Shown: one piece after another, positions 35,901 through 42,891 of the stretch | Layout: the number at the start of each line of letters is the position of its first letter | Numbering within the stretch: the stretch's first letter is position 1 | Source of the DNA: Candidatus Thorarchaeota archaeon | GTDB lineage: Archaea; Asgardarchaeota; Thorarchaeia; Thorarchaeales; Thorarchaeaceae | Length of the DNA stretch: 42,891 nt | Reading direction: 5' to 3' | Assembly (NCBI GenBank): GCA_048882325.1 | Contig: JBHLRS010000027.1 | Location: 1-42,891 of the forward strand | Notes under the pieces: model-generated | Told to the model about the DNA's origin: nothing | Databases searched by the model: none | Seen by the model: the letters and a program-made list of their open reading frames with translations, nothing else | Translations under genes and position numbers: made by a program

Positions 35901-38785
35901 TAAGAGCCAGCCCCAGTCGGATAAGCAGGATGAAGAGTTTCCCATCCATTTTGTCCCTCATATTTAATGGTGACATAGGCCCCTGGAAAATTAGAGAATT
36001 TGATTTCTAGGGTGTCACCATCTATGCCTCCTACTGCTGAAACTAATACATCTCCTGCATGAGGATTGAGCTCAACTCTTGTGCCAAAGCTAGTAACAGG
36101 AATCTCATCGATGTGGGGTGCGAAGTTCCTTTTTGTCACAGTCACAGAAACATCAGATCCAATGGCGGGATCTATATTGAACAGAGCCTGTCCGTTACTA
36201 TCAGTATATTCAACTGCATAGACATACTGTCCTTGATGAAGACAGACTTTCGCAAACTTGACCGGTTTATTGGTGTCATCATTTTTCACTGTCACAGCAA
36301 AAACCTGAGGGTCAGTGGATCCAATTGACTCTGGATAAGAAACATCGAGAATTGTTGGTGTAGACGTCCAGAGCTTGGTCTCAGGGTCTCCGAAGAGATG
36401 ATATTCCTCGAAGGTTGTCTGAGCAACCTCAAAATTATCATGGAGTGTCCCCCATTGTTTCGCAGCGTGTAATTTGCCAAGTAATAACGCCCCTCCCATT
36501 TCATATACTGGTTGGTTCTCAGACTCCAAAAATCCTGGCCAGAATGATTGGATGAGTCCATCCATAAGATATGAGCTAATTATTGAATAAGCAAGACGTG
36601 AAGACGAGATTGCTGCAACAGCTCCATCTTCATCTCGTGTGATTTCCTCCGCAAAGGACTCCTTGGCGTACTCCTCAAATGGATTAACATGATTATTATA
36701 AATATCATCTACGTCCACCAGCCATCCCCCTGAATAATAACGTGTGTACATATCCATATGTTCCTGATCAGTTTCTCCATCAAACCATCCACTGTCACAT
36801 GCCATACTGATAACTAGGGGAGTGAATCCTGCGTCGCCGGTATTCAAGAGACCTAAGATATCGTAGTTTTGATTATCAGTATCAAAGTAAGGGGTAAGCC
36901 ATCCGTTAGTATCATCTCTATCACCTCTATCCCAACCATTATCATCAGTGTCAAACCTGTAAATCATGTTCTCACTCCCGCCATGACCATAGTAGAGAAC
37001 AAGGAATTTTCCATCGTTAATAGCATTCGAGATTTCGGTTAATGATTGGCCCCAAGCTATGTCATCATGATATGCATCGAACCAAAAGAAAGTAGGATCA
37101 TTAATGTATGTCAGCCAATCGGAAACCAAATCCGAACCAACATGTTCCAAAACATCATGGAACTTCTGAGGCATATGATGCTCCCAAGTGCTTGAATATA
37201 GCGTTTCTATTTCTTTTCCAAAGGAGTCTTCAACATAGTCTCTGATTCTTTCCAAAGTATATACAAACGGGAAACTCGGATCCTCATTTCCAGAATGCTC
37301 GGTGTCTTCGAATTTTGCATTGGAGAGAATACCTTCGTAGAATGAATCCGTCAGAGGTGGGGATGTTTCATAGAATATGATCTTGTCAACTGCAGTTTCA
37401 GCTTCTGCTGGATTATCAACTGATATGCGACCGTAGATCATATCTGGGAAATACTCCGCCCCTTCAATATCGAAATAACCCAGATCTGACGCGATATCTG
37501 GTCCAGAAACACCTGTGTTCGGATCATACATTTTGTAATTAGTAAATAGCCGCCTGAATTCCGCTTGATGTTGTAGATTATAAGTAGTTGGAATCATCTC
37601 GACATCGCCTAGAAATAAGACATAGGTCGGTGCAGGATTCCAAGTGTTGTAGGCTCGTTCTATCGCATATTCGATAAGAGCTGAATCTGGTGAAACTATC
37701 ATGAATGCAGCAGGAACTCCTTTCTTTGTCTTCCAAGCCGCCAAATCAAGAGCATATTGTTCCAGTTCAGCAACTGTAATTACCAAGTACTCGACGCCTT
37801 CAACGTTTTCCTCACCAGCACTTATGGAATAAGTATTATTGTCTCTTGCCACTAGCGGTCCAGTTGGTATATCAACTGGATTATAATCCAAGAGAATATT
37901 GGACATGATGTTTTCAAAGGCTTCAGAGCGTAATTCCTCCCGAATTGGTTCTATCTGGGCGGGGCTGCTGTAGTCAGCCTTCACCAACATCTGGGAGTGC
38001 GCAATCGTCCTGTCCTTGTCAGGGTTGTATTGGATAGGGAAGAAGTTAATGGATGATAATCTATGACCCCTCATTATCAGAGGTGTTGCAGGATTTCCTC
38101 CTTCGATACTTGTCCTAACTGCTGGGAAGTACGCGTTGTTGGTATATGCTGGACCTTCTTCTGTTGGGAGAATTGCGTCAACCTGTGTATCCTCTGACCG
38201 ATTCCCTTCAAATATCATCATGACCTGTGGAGGCGAGGCCGGACGTATATTGTAGGTCTCGGTGATGATTGTTGATGAGTTTGTGATAGCACTCATGGTA
38301 ACAGCAATATCGTGTGGTATTTCTACTAGCTCTGAGAGCAGGGGAACCATTGGAGCTCCAGGCTCACGACTATATGTGGCTCCAGGCATCTCCAAGAAAT
38401 CGTAAGTATTGCCCTCTATCGTGACAGTCCTCTTCCAGAACCCATAGAAATCAGCCACAATCGTGATACCTGTTGTATCGGAAGTTGTCACATGCACTTC
38501 AGCAGGTGTACCAGCGGGAGTTGCACCCCCATCAAGAGACACCCATACTCCACCCTGAGCCAGGACCGTTCTCACCTCACAAGGACGGACTTCATATGGT
38601 TCATTCACAAAACCGAAGTCGCTATCCCTCTCAAGACTTGACTCACCTACAATGTCAGGACCTGTGTCATTAGTAACATCGATCATCGAAACTGATGATG
38701 CTGATGAGATTACAAACATGGCTGCAACAGCAACCACAACAATATTCAGAAGTACCTTCTTTCGAGTCCAGCTGACCCTTTTCAT
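29912..38785 (-). CDS. Giant secreted protein: C25 propeptide + gingipain-type C25 peptidase, Ig-like domains, two NosD-type beta-helices, TSP3-like Ca-binding repeats, SBP5-like insert, helical C-terminal domain
   Basis: PG.P.VP, WK..KG, YVLFLGD, GRIS, YYGHGG, MACDSG, LFGDP; GI.L..S..N.I..N.C..N repeats; DSDGDG..D..E; ATG 38785 follows GGAGGAG. Confidence 0.9.
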   Translation of the reverse strand: MKRVSWTRKKVLLNIVVVAVAAMFVISSASSVSMIDVTNDTGPDIVGESSLERDSDFGFVNEPYEVRPCEVRTVLAQGGVWVSLDGGATPAGTPAEVHVTTSDTTGITIVADFYGFWKRTVTIEGNTYDFLEMPGATYSREPGAPMVPLLSELVEIPHDIAVTMSAITNSSTIITETYNIRPASPPQVMMIFEGNRSEDTQVDAILPTEEGPAYTNNAYFPAVRTSIEGGNPATPLIMRGHRLSSINFFPIQYNPDKDRTIAHSQMLVKADYSSPAQIEPIREELRSEAFENIMSNILLDYNPVDIPTGPLVARDNNTYSISAGEENVEGVEYLVITVAELEQYALDLAAWKTKKGVPAAFMIVSPDSALIEYAIERAYNTWNPAPTYVLFLGDVEMIPTTYNLQHQAEFRRLFTNYKMYDPNTGVSGPDIASDLGYFDIEGAEYFPDMIYGRISVDNPAEAETAVDKIIFYETSPPLTDSFYEGILSNAKFEDTEHSGNEDPSFPFVYTLERIRDYVEDSFGKEIETLYSSTWEHHMPQKFHDVLEHVGSDLVSDWLTYINDPTFFWFDAYHDDIAWGQSLTEISNAINDGKFLVLYYGHGGSENMIYRFDTDDNGWDRGDRDDTNGWLTPYFDTDNQNYDILGLLNTGDAGFTPLVISMACDSGWFDGETDQEHMDMYTRYYSGGWLVDVDDIYNNHVNPFEEYAKESFAEEITRDEDGAVAAISSSRLAYSIISSYLMDGLIQSFWPGFLESENQPVYEMGGALLLGKLHAAKQWGTLHDNFEVAQTTFEEYHLFGDPETKLWTSTPTILDVSYPESIGSTDPQVFAVTVKNDDTNKPVKFAKVCLHQGQYVYAVEYTDSNGQALFNIDPAIGSDVSVTVTKRNFAPHIDEIPVTSFGTRVELNPHAGDVLVSAVGGIDGDTLEIKFSNFPGAYVTIKYEGQNGWETLHPAYPTGAGSYIWYPIDDLGDTRYMNIWVGSNSYSADAVSCFQRRTSTDTPDMYLYSQDDSSTWDGRGLLWDNPDIKIYREISPGVWKEKLRLKQNELNRIDVTVYNRGNDVPDNDPVEVTLWEVPFGGGIATDMVGYKDYVQIDHGESAIASFTFTPTLISGCLKVQIDPSRETPEDQTNNVGYENVEIIEMKSPGEISFLVGQLINSTAYVNLKVRQLGEHTDVWYAEILQYSSQRIIQGTSEVVTLYIDPLIQEFELGRFFQVDLYIGNILVGGMVFNTSEYAFTLESLYIDGDEDLAAQAELYGWSGTGAEGDPFIIENYYFDAEGADKSCIEIRNIVSSYVMVRGCTLTGATVGTLPTDGRAGIYLYNVVGAKIIDNICFGNVWGITLNQSSDCLISENTCYGNTWEGIALGWDSNWNTISDNLCYDHDYSGIILGLGSSWNTIVDNVCYDNAYAGIGLGYNSDGCTVLRNECNNNGFGIVTSPSANGNTIRDNTCKYNNYGIELRGPGNTVEQNTCNYNEIGIYVHDTTGNDLIENTCNSNVYRGIWLLNSHAVEVRENTCNYNGFAGIDVGDSTNHILIDNICNENDQFGIFLYNSHYGHIIGSTCNDNFYNGIKLIVSNGNLISGNTCFGNGEHGIQLESSGPGNAVVGNTCNNNSLFGIFLSNSHENNVTRNICNYNFYTGVRLEFSDMNVIFENSCDGNGETGIALIESNSNILYWNTCSGNDVGIGLGESSGNHIIGNICSGNLEFGIQLDDSHWNILVGNTCNGNSDSGISLETSTLNSIADNTCDGNGWFGIYLVDSHSNTISDNTCTVNLVGIYLNGATENELIGNTCNTNQYDGIYLYLSDNNDIIGNTFSTNMRRGITLNSADDNEVAGNICSDNEYGIYLMGSSSNTIYHNSIIDNVNQATDIDSPNGNFWYHPDLLEGNIWSDYIGVDLDLDGIGDTDIPWHGLDMYPLVIDSDGDGISDTGELIIGTDPENPDTDGDSLSDGMEWRYYFSDPTSVDGDSDGISDVDEIFGNNPQGVPTNPLEADSDFDGILDPEELYTFFTHPMEWDTDGDLWRDGDEVYWVFTDPLVVDPPWPTISGQPLFTLHLLVAVESEIAMMRAENLARDLRCIGIELVIHALPWQQWIYSMTNPEDYGLERPTSAGPPIWDESISLYVGFDVAIFGLGSNGYISGLDFASIDSNFNEGYYNPDYEDLVAALLALNIDWNANWPNPPDLSSEALDIIRQLQAIWAEDQPFWIMWGRDDWASGVDTTGWAVALSNLGNEHLTIREVRQAVDLVMWRQLMLTAGLEGLNPHLVHTPTLPMFPGYDAVSDAYRDVILARELLHSVGYTDIIVPDDDGDGLWNYEERNIYGTDPYNPDTDMDGWSDYDEIFTILTDPLDPGPFYIDGDAQLRAMDAWHGWLGSGEYGDPIIIEDYYIDVNGADASCIKVLNIVDTYFIIRDCTVTGTSVPEGGLGEIPFIEAYAGIWLSNVQYAEVTNNYCFDNCYGIRVDYSFAVTITDNHCYSNDWEGIAVLLDSTQCVVTDNYCFDNDGLLGNGIGIGVGAYNNQIVHNFVYNNLGDEGTGIHIFLGYDNTIVDNDCYGNYWGIAVRGTSSDNDILENDCWDNYQGIFIQNSDSNTVTGNDCFSNDFEGIVVVGDSNLNTVSDNWCYDNDVNGIGVGLGATDNTIEHNTVYNNGYAGIHFWNGDGNIVRANDCYGNLGYGISIRGGSIGNEIRDNTFTSNNVGIFLNASIYNWLINNTCYDNTYFGIYLNLSHYNNLTQNNITLCGNGIFLFESEGNLIYWNSIIWNTIQATDLYSPSGNDWYNPELLEGNIWSDYIGVDFDRDGIGDTDIPWPSEGYDMYPLVAGDFDNDGLSYYGELEIGTDPNDADSDGDYFIDGDEWRFYFTDPLTFNTPQEVSEVIDSDLEELVEEDVLTSKDISPLLRKLDAARDLMDKGKLTQATQKLNDLISQIYSMINSGKLSEEEGNALIALAQALIDVILTM

Positions 38786-38859
38786 TAGATGTCCTCTCCT
38801 CCATCTTCCCCACACATGAAACGAGGGGCACGCTACACAGATGTCATTATGCAACCCTT

Positions 38860-38945
38860 GTCAATTATTGCTCGTATCTTACAACGAAACGTGACCTCAA
38901 GGTCCAATGCTAGTTTTCGTAACCGTTAATGTGTAATCTAAATAC
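38860..38945 (-). promoter_or_regulatory. Conserved 5' leader element, copy 2
   Basis: Homologous to 26342-26426, at an equivalent position downstream of the TATA box. Confidence 0.75.
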
Positions 38946-39069
38946 GCTTCAGAGGTTCGATATAAGTCTCTCCACCCTTCGAAAAATCGAAAGAAGCGGA
39001 TTGATTCTCCCAGTACCTTTTGAACACGTGTTCCAAGTTTATCAATAGAAAGATCGTTCAGCAAGAACC

Positions 39070-39720
39070 TCTGCAAAATTACCCTCGCGTCTTGAGGCGC
39101 CGACGAAGAGTACGCTCAGCGTGGAGTCGGTGCTTACGGAGAATTGTTGATGAGCCCTTTGATCGGGCCAGTTTGGTTCGTTCAGTTGTCGCCATTTTTC
39201 AACCTCTTGAATAAGGTGTGGGGGCCTGACCTAGGGGAGTCCGCCCCCACTGTGTCTCTGATGCCGGGAGGTGCACGGAGACAGCGAATTGACCTCATTG
39301 GAAAATGAGGATCGTAAAGAGTCAGGAACTCGCGTAGAGGTAGCGTAGGCTCTGCGCGTCTTGGTCTGTTGGTTCACGGTCGCTGTCCAGAAGGCCGTAT
39401 AGAGTATGAAGCACTTCTGCATTCTTTTGGAGGGTTGATGTTGGTCGTGATTCCTCGGTCATCGCTTCCGTCTCCGTTTACTCAGTTTATGTGGTACAAC
39501 ACACCTCTTCTTCCACTGAATTTGCTAATAATACTTGGCGTTATGAGAAACAGTATGTGGGTGTTACGGACGTAATACGTGGAGCAGATATGGACAATAC
39601 ATCTATAGAAGGATTCTGGGAGGCCGGAACTCTCAACAGAAAGACCCCTACAAATTGGGTTCCAAAAGAAGGAAAGGGGGCGGGGGGCATCCTAATTTCG
39701 GTGCATACGAACGGTAAGGG
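39070..39720 (+). ncRNA. Candidate large structured non-coding RNA of unknown family
   Basis: At least eight stems, two with GNRA tetraloops; G-U wobbles favour the + strand; no credible ORF; boundaries approximate. Confidence 0.55.
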
Positions 39721-39795
39721 TTTCTTTATTTGAAAGTGTGACTATGCAATGATTACTTCATCCAAGATGAAGTCGATGTGAAAGGAGGAAAGCAT

Positions 39796-40788
39796 TTGAG
39801 AAGATCTAGAGTTTTTGCTCTATTAGTGTCAGCCATGCTTCTTCTTGGGATTTCAACTGTGTATACAGTCGCAGTGGATGCAACCTCATACCCAGTCACC
39901 TTTGAAGAACACATTGGACACAGGGAGTACCTATACGTCGGTTCAATAGACCTTCAGTTTGATGATGAGGTCCATTTCAAACTGACAATAGACAGTCCCA
40001 TTCCAGAAACTGATTTGGATATGGAAGTTTACTACGATGGCGAAATAGTCTTCTATCTAGCTACGGGTTATGGCTACATAGGTGATCCTGAGATAATCGA
40101 GGAGGGATATTTCTGGGTGCCGTACACTGGAACATATGATATAATGATGTTCGGATATTATGTTCCATACGACATGGGAGTTGACTATACTCTCTTTATC
40201 GACTCAGCTGAAGAGTTGTTCAACATGGCGCCTCTTATGTCCCATGGATTATCTGTCGGAGCCTTGACGAGCTATGAAAACAACAACCCCCAAGCAATTG
40301 GAGCAAATGAGAAGGCCGCATTTCAAGATGTGGCAGGCGCATATACATCAGCAGCTGTCAATTTTCAGAGTGCATTTAACACAAATAGTTGGACACAATA
40401 CTCGCTTGATCCAGCGAGGTTCTGTTCAGAAGATGCATTGATAGTCGGAGGATGGGTCTGGCAGCGACCTGTTTGGGCTCACAGTAGCTTCAGTGATGCC
40501 AAGCAATTCATGGACGCTCGTAACTTCGTGTACTACATTGATGGCACTCCACTTACCGACCTCTCTAATGTTCAGACAGGACCGGTGCAGAAAGTGTTTG
40601 AAAATGGGGAGGTCGTTGGCTATAGGAAGGTGTTCGAACATGCTGTCTTTGGACCCGGGGAGTTGGCTGAACTCATAGGTACGGGAGAACATTCTATGCT
40701 AGTCCGCTATATTGGACCAGGCTTTGACATTCCATACATATACTTCTACTTCTGGCTAATGCCCGAGGGATGGACCGGACCATATTAA
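39796..40788 (+). CDS. Secreted hypothetical protein with PPC-like beta domain
   Basis: Signal peptide; DLDM.VY and TGTY.I motifs; TTG 39796 follows AGGAGG. Confidence 0.75.
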   Translation: MRRSRVFALLVSAMLLLGISTVYTVAVDATSYPVTFEEHIGHREYLYVGSIDLQFDDEVHFKLTIDSPIPETDLDMEVYYDGEIVFYLATGYGYIGDPEIIEEGYFWVPYTGTYDIMMFGYYVPYDMGVDYTLFIDSAEELFNMAPLMSHGLSVGALTSYENNNPQAIGANEKAAFQDVAGAYTSAAVNFQSAFNTNSWTQYSLDPARFCSEDALIVGGWVWQRPVWAHSSFSDAKQFMDARNFVYYIDGTPLTDLSNVQTGPVQKVFENGEVVGYRKVFEHAVFGPGELAELIGTGEHSMLVRYIGPGFDIPYIYFYFWLMPEGWTGPY

Positions 40789-40804
40789 GAACGTAGCAAA
40801 CAAG

Positions 40805-40840
40805 ACATGGAGGCCAAGACCTCCATGTTTCTCCTTTTTT
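40805..40840 (+). terminator. Hairpin plus T-tract between convergent genes
   Basis: ACATGGAGG-CCAAGA-CCTCCATGT followed by TTCTCCTTTTTT. Confidence 0.75.
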
Positions 40841-40845
40841 GCATA

Positions 40846-42141
40846 TTATAGAAAGATGGTATCGCCATAAAAGCCAGAGCCAAAAACTACCGGTCCCAAC
40901 GAAAGACCCATGCCGTCCCCATCGTCATCATAGAGAGGAGTTTCAGGCCTACTGTCATGGGCAGCCGCATAGATGAATGCCTCACGCATAGAGATCATTC
41001 CATCAGTAATGTAATCCGCGTTAGCTGGACCAATACCTCCAGGCAACTGTATACCGATTAAAGCGGACATGAAGTGATAGACAAACTCGTCCCATTGACC
41101 TTCAGTGTCACACCCATAGGAACTCTCTGCAACTCCTGCTGCTGTCATTATCACTCTGTTTGAAGCACTGATATATTGAATGAACTTGCCAGACACACAT
41201 TGTTCCATCACAATAATCATGTGATCACACGTAATCGAATCAAGCCAGTCAGAAACCTGAGCGTGCGTAAGTGCACCACTAGAATCCATTGGACCCCATA
41301 CACTAATCCCGCTACTGCCTCCATGGTTCGTCGTGTAGAAGAAGAGTGTGTCCCGGTATCCCATCTGATCACTCAGAGTAGCAAAAACAGTGTCAAGCGA
41401 CGTGTGAGTTGCAGGATAGTCCACAGGCGTATATGGATCCTCTCCTACGCCATCCTTGTAAACGACATAGATGTTCTGTGACTGGTAACCATGCATCTGT
41501 AGGATGAAATACATGTAGATGATGTCATTCCAGTATCGGTAGTACGCCTTCTCAGGCTTTATCCCACCGCTATAAAGGACTGCATACTTCTCAGCAGAGG
41601 GATCATACTGAAATGGTTTGTATTCATTGAGAATGTCCGTGTCGAGAATCTGATCCTTAAAGAAACCTTGAACAACCGAATCCACGGGTCGCGCAGTATA
41701 CTGTGAATATCTCACTCCTAGGACACCATCACTTTCATCTGCCCACTCACCAGTCCCTTTCACATCACATCGTTGCCCAACATAGTCTTCCATAGCCTGA
41801 GGTGGTTCCCCAGTCACAAGTATGTAATTGTCAGGTTGGAGTGAGTTATTCAAAAACGACCAAAGACTCTCCACCAGCATCGGAAATCCAGCAGAAATAA
41901 CATAGAAGCCAGTAATCGTAATCGTCTTACCAATGTATGCCTCTGGATTACTTGTAACATCTCCAATCCCCATGGGAACATTTTCGAGAGGAACTGAAGG
42001 CCTATAGAAAATGAAGTAGTATAACGTCCCTAAATTAGTACCAATCAGAATTACAATCAGCGCAATCAATGTGACTGGCCGCTTTGAACCTGTTTTACCC
42101 TTTTTACTCTTCGACACCGTTGTAACCTCTTGTTGAATCAT
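40846..42141 (-). CDS. Membrane-anchored clan CD cysteine peptidase (C13 legumain/caspase-like) with OB-like domain
   Basis: YAVL.SGG, RYWND...Y..L...G, TTNHGG, MEQCVSG, SYG; start may be GTG 42117. Confidence 0.85.
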   Translation of the reverse strand: MIQQEVTTVSKSKKGKTGSKRPVTLIALIVILIGTNLGTLYYFIFYRPSVPLENVPMGIGDVTSNPEAYIGKTITITGFYVISAGFPMLVESLWSFLNNSLQPDNYILVTGEPPQAMEDYVGQRCDVKGTGEWADESDGVLGVRYSQYTARPVDSVVQGFFKDQILDTDILNEYKPFQYDPSAEKYAVLYSGGIKPEKAYYRYWNDIIYMYFILQMHGYQSQNIYVVYKDGVGEDPYTPVDYPATHTSLDTVFATLSDQMGYRDTLFFYTTNHGGSSGISVWGPMDSSGALTHAQVSDWLDSITCDHMIIVMEQCVSGKFIQYISASNRVIMTAAGVAESSYGCDTEGQWDEFVYHFMSALIGIQLPGGIGPANADYITDGMISMREAFIYAAAHDSRPETPLYDDDGDGMGLSLGPVVFGSGFYGDTIFL

Positions 42142-42471
42142 CGAAAACCTGATGAATCATTGATAATCCTTCAGGTCTGAGTTAATTATTGTTAAGTACT
42201 TCCATATATATCATATGGATTAATCTTGCACGAATAGAGAAAGGACGATTGGGAGAATTTGCCTGAGTTGTTCAGTGTTTCTCTAATACCAGTAGTTGTT
42301 GACAACATACTCACAGAGGACGTCTGAGGGCGGGAACTTCCTACGAACTCATCCCTACAACTCGTACTCCAAGAGAAGGAAAAGGAGCAAGCTGCTGAAC
42401 TTTTTCACCAAATATCGCGTAAGTGGACTGATTTTTATTGCCTAGAGTTTTGTTGTTCATGGTGCGTTGGG

Positions 42472-42891
42472 ATGAGGTTAAAGATTGCAGGATTCATGGC
42501 GATTCTAATCTTGACGCAACTCTCTGTGGGTGGTCAGCATTTCGTGACAGCAGATGCCATCACTTACTTTCCTGATCAACGGTGGGTCAGTACTTCTCCA
42601 GAGGACCAAGGACTTAGTTCAACAGTCATAAACGAGATGGAACAGTTCCTTAATGACACGGATGTACCTATCAGGGGACTCGTCATAACGAGGAATGGAT
42701 ACATTGTCGAGGAGCAATACTGGGCCTACAACACTGAGAACTCTAGTCGCCACATCTTCTCTTGCACAAAGAGCTTCATAGGTGCGCTCATAGGAATTGC
42801 ACTTAAACAAGGATATCTTGACAATGTCAGTCAGAAGGTACTTGATTTCTTTCCGAATATGACCATAGACAACATGGACGCAAGAAAAGAA
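42472..42891 (+). CDS. Secreted serine hydrolase (beta-lactamase/AmpC family), truncated by the window end
   Basis: Not in the ORF track. Manual translation: MRLKIAGF...SPEDQGL...RNGYIV.E.Y...FSCTKSF.GALIGIA (SxxK motif). Confidence 0.9.
   Translation, partial: MRLKIAGFMAILILTQLSVGGQHFVTADAITYFPDQRWVSTSPEDQGLSSTVINEMEQFLNDTDVPIRGLVITRNGYIVEEQYWAYNTENSSRHIFSCTKSFIGALIGIALKQGYLDNVSQKVLDFFPNMTIDNMDARKE

Noticed and set aside
39147-39172. Hammerhead ribozyme (TTGATGA-GCCC...GGGC)
   Set aside because: Lacks the initial C of CUGAUGA and the GAAA after stem II
39232-39690. RNase P RNA (GGGGAGTCCGCCC resembles CR-I; AACAGAA resembles CR-V)
   Set aside because: GAGGAA is absent, CR-II/III/IV were not found and the spacing is too long; cmscan should confirm
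39216-39720. Group II or group I intron
   Set aside because: GTGTG is present, but there is no recognisable domain V, no P7 pair, no RT ORF and no interrupted gene
39020-39733. Short track ORFs in the 39-kb intergenic region
   Set aside because: They overlap each other, lack convincing SD sites and have non-protein-like composition

Overview
Archaeal chromosomal window. The gene content and archaeal-style promoters/SD sites suggest an Asgard archaeon, possibly Thorarchaeia (inference only). Recognisable genes: metG, a PLP aminotransferase, a tandem GNAT, a peroxiredoxin, two histidine phosphatases, an M24 peptidase, a RadA paralog with a degenerate P-loop, two tandem arrestin-fold proteins, and several secreted or membrane proteins, including a ~2950-aa gingipain(C25)/beta-helix giant and a C13/legumain-like protease. 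Highlights: (1) Two tandem paralogous bicistronic micro-protein cassettes (13.4-14.2 kb, below the ORF-track cutoff). In both, the 3' UTR is complementary to the first start codon, with a compensatory base change. (2) An HgcA-like corrinoid membrane protein fused to a class I SAM methyltransferase, followed by an HgcB-like ferredoxin. (3) A ~650-nt hairpin-dense non-coding region at 39.07-39.72 kb (candidate large ncRNA). (4) An ~85-nt conserved, probably structured 5' leader shared by the two beta-helix genes. (5) Two recurring palindromic operator-like motifs. All alignments and pairings were made by eye; no searches were run.
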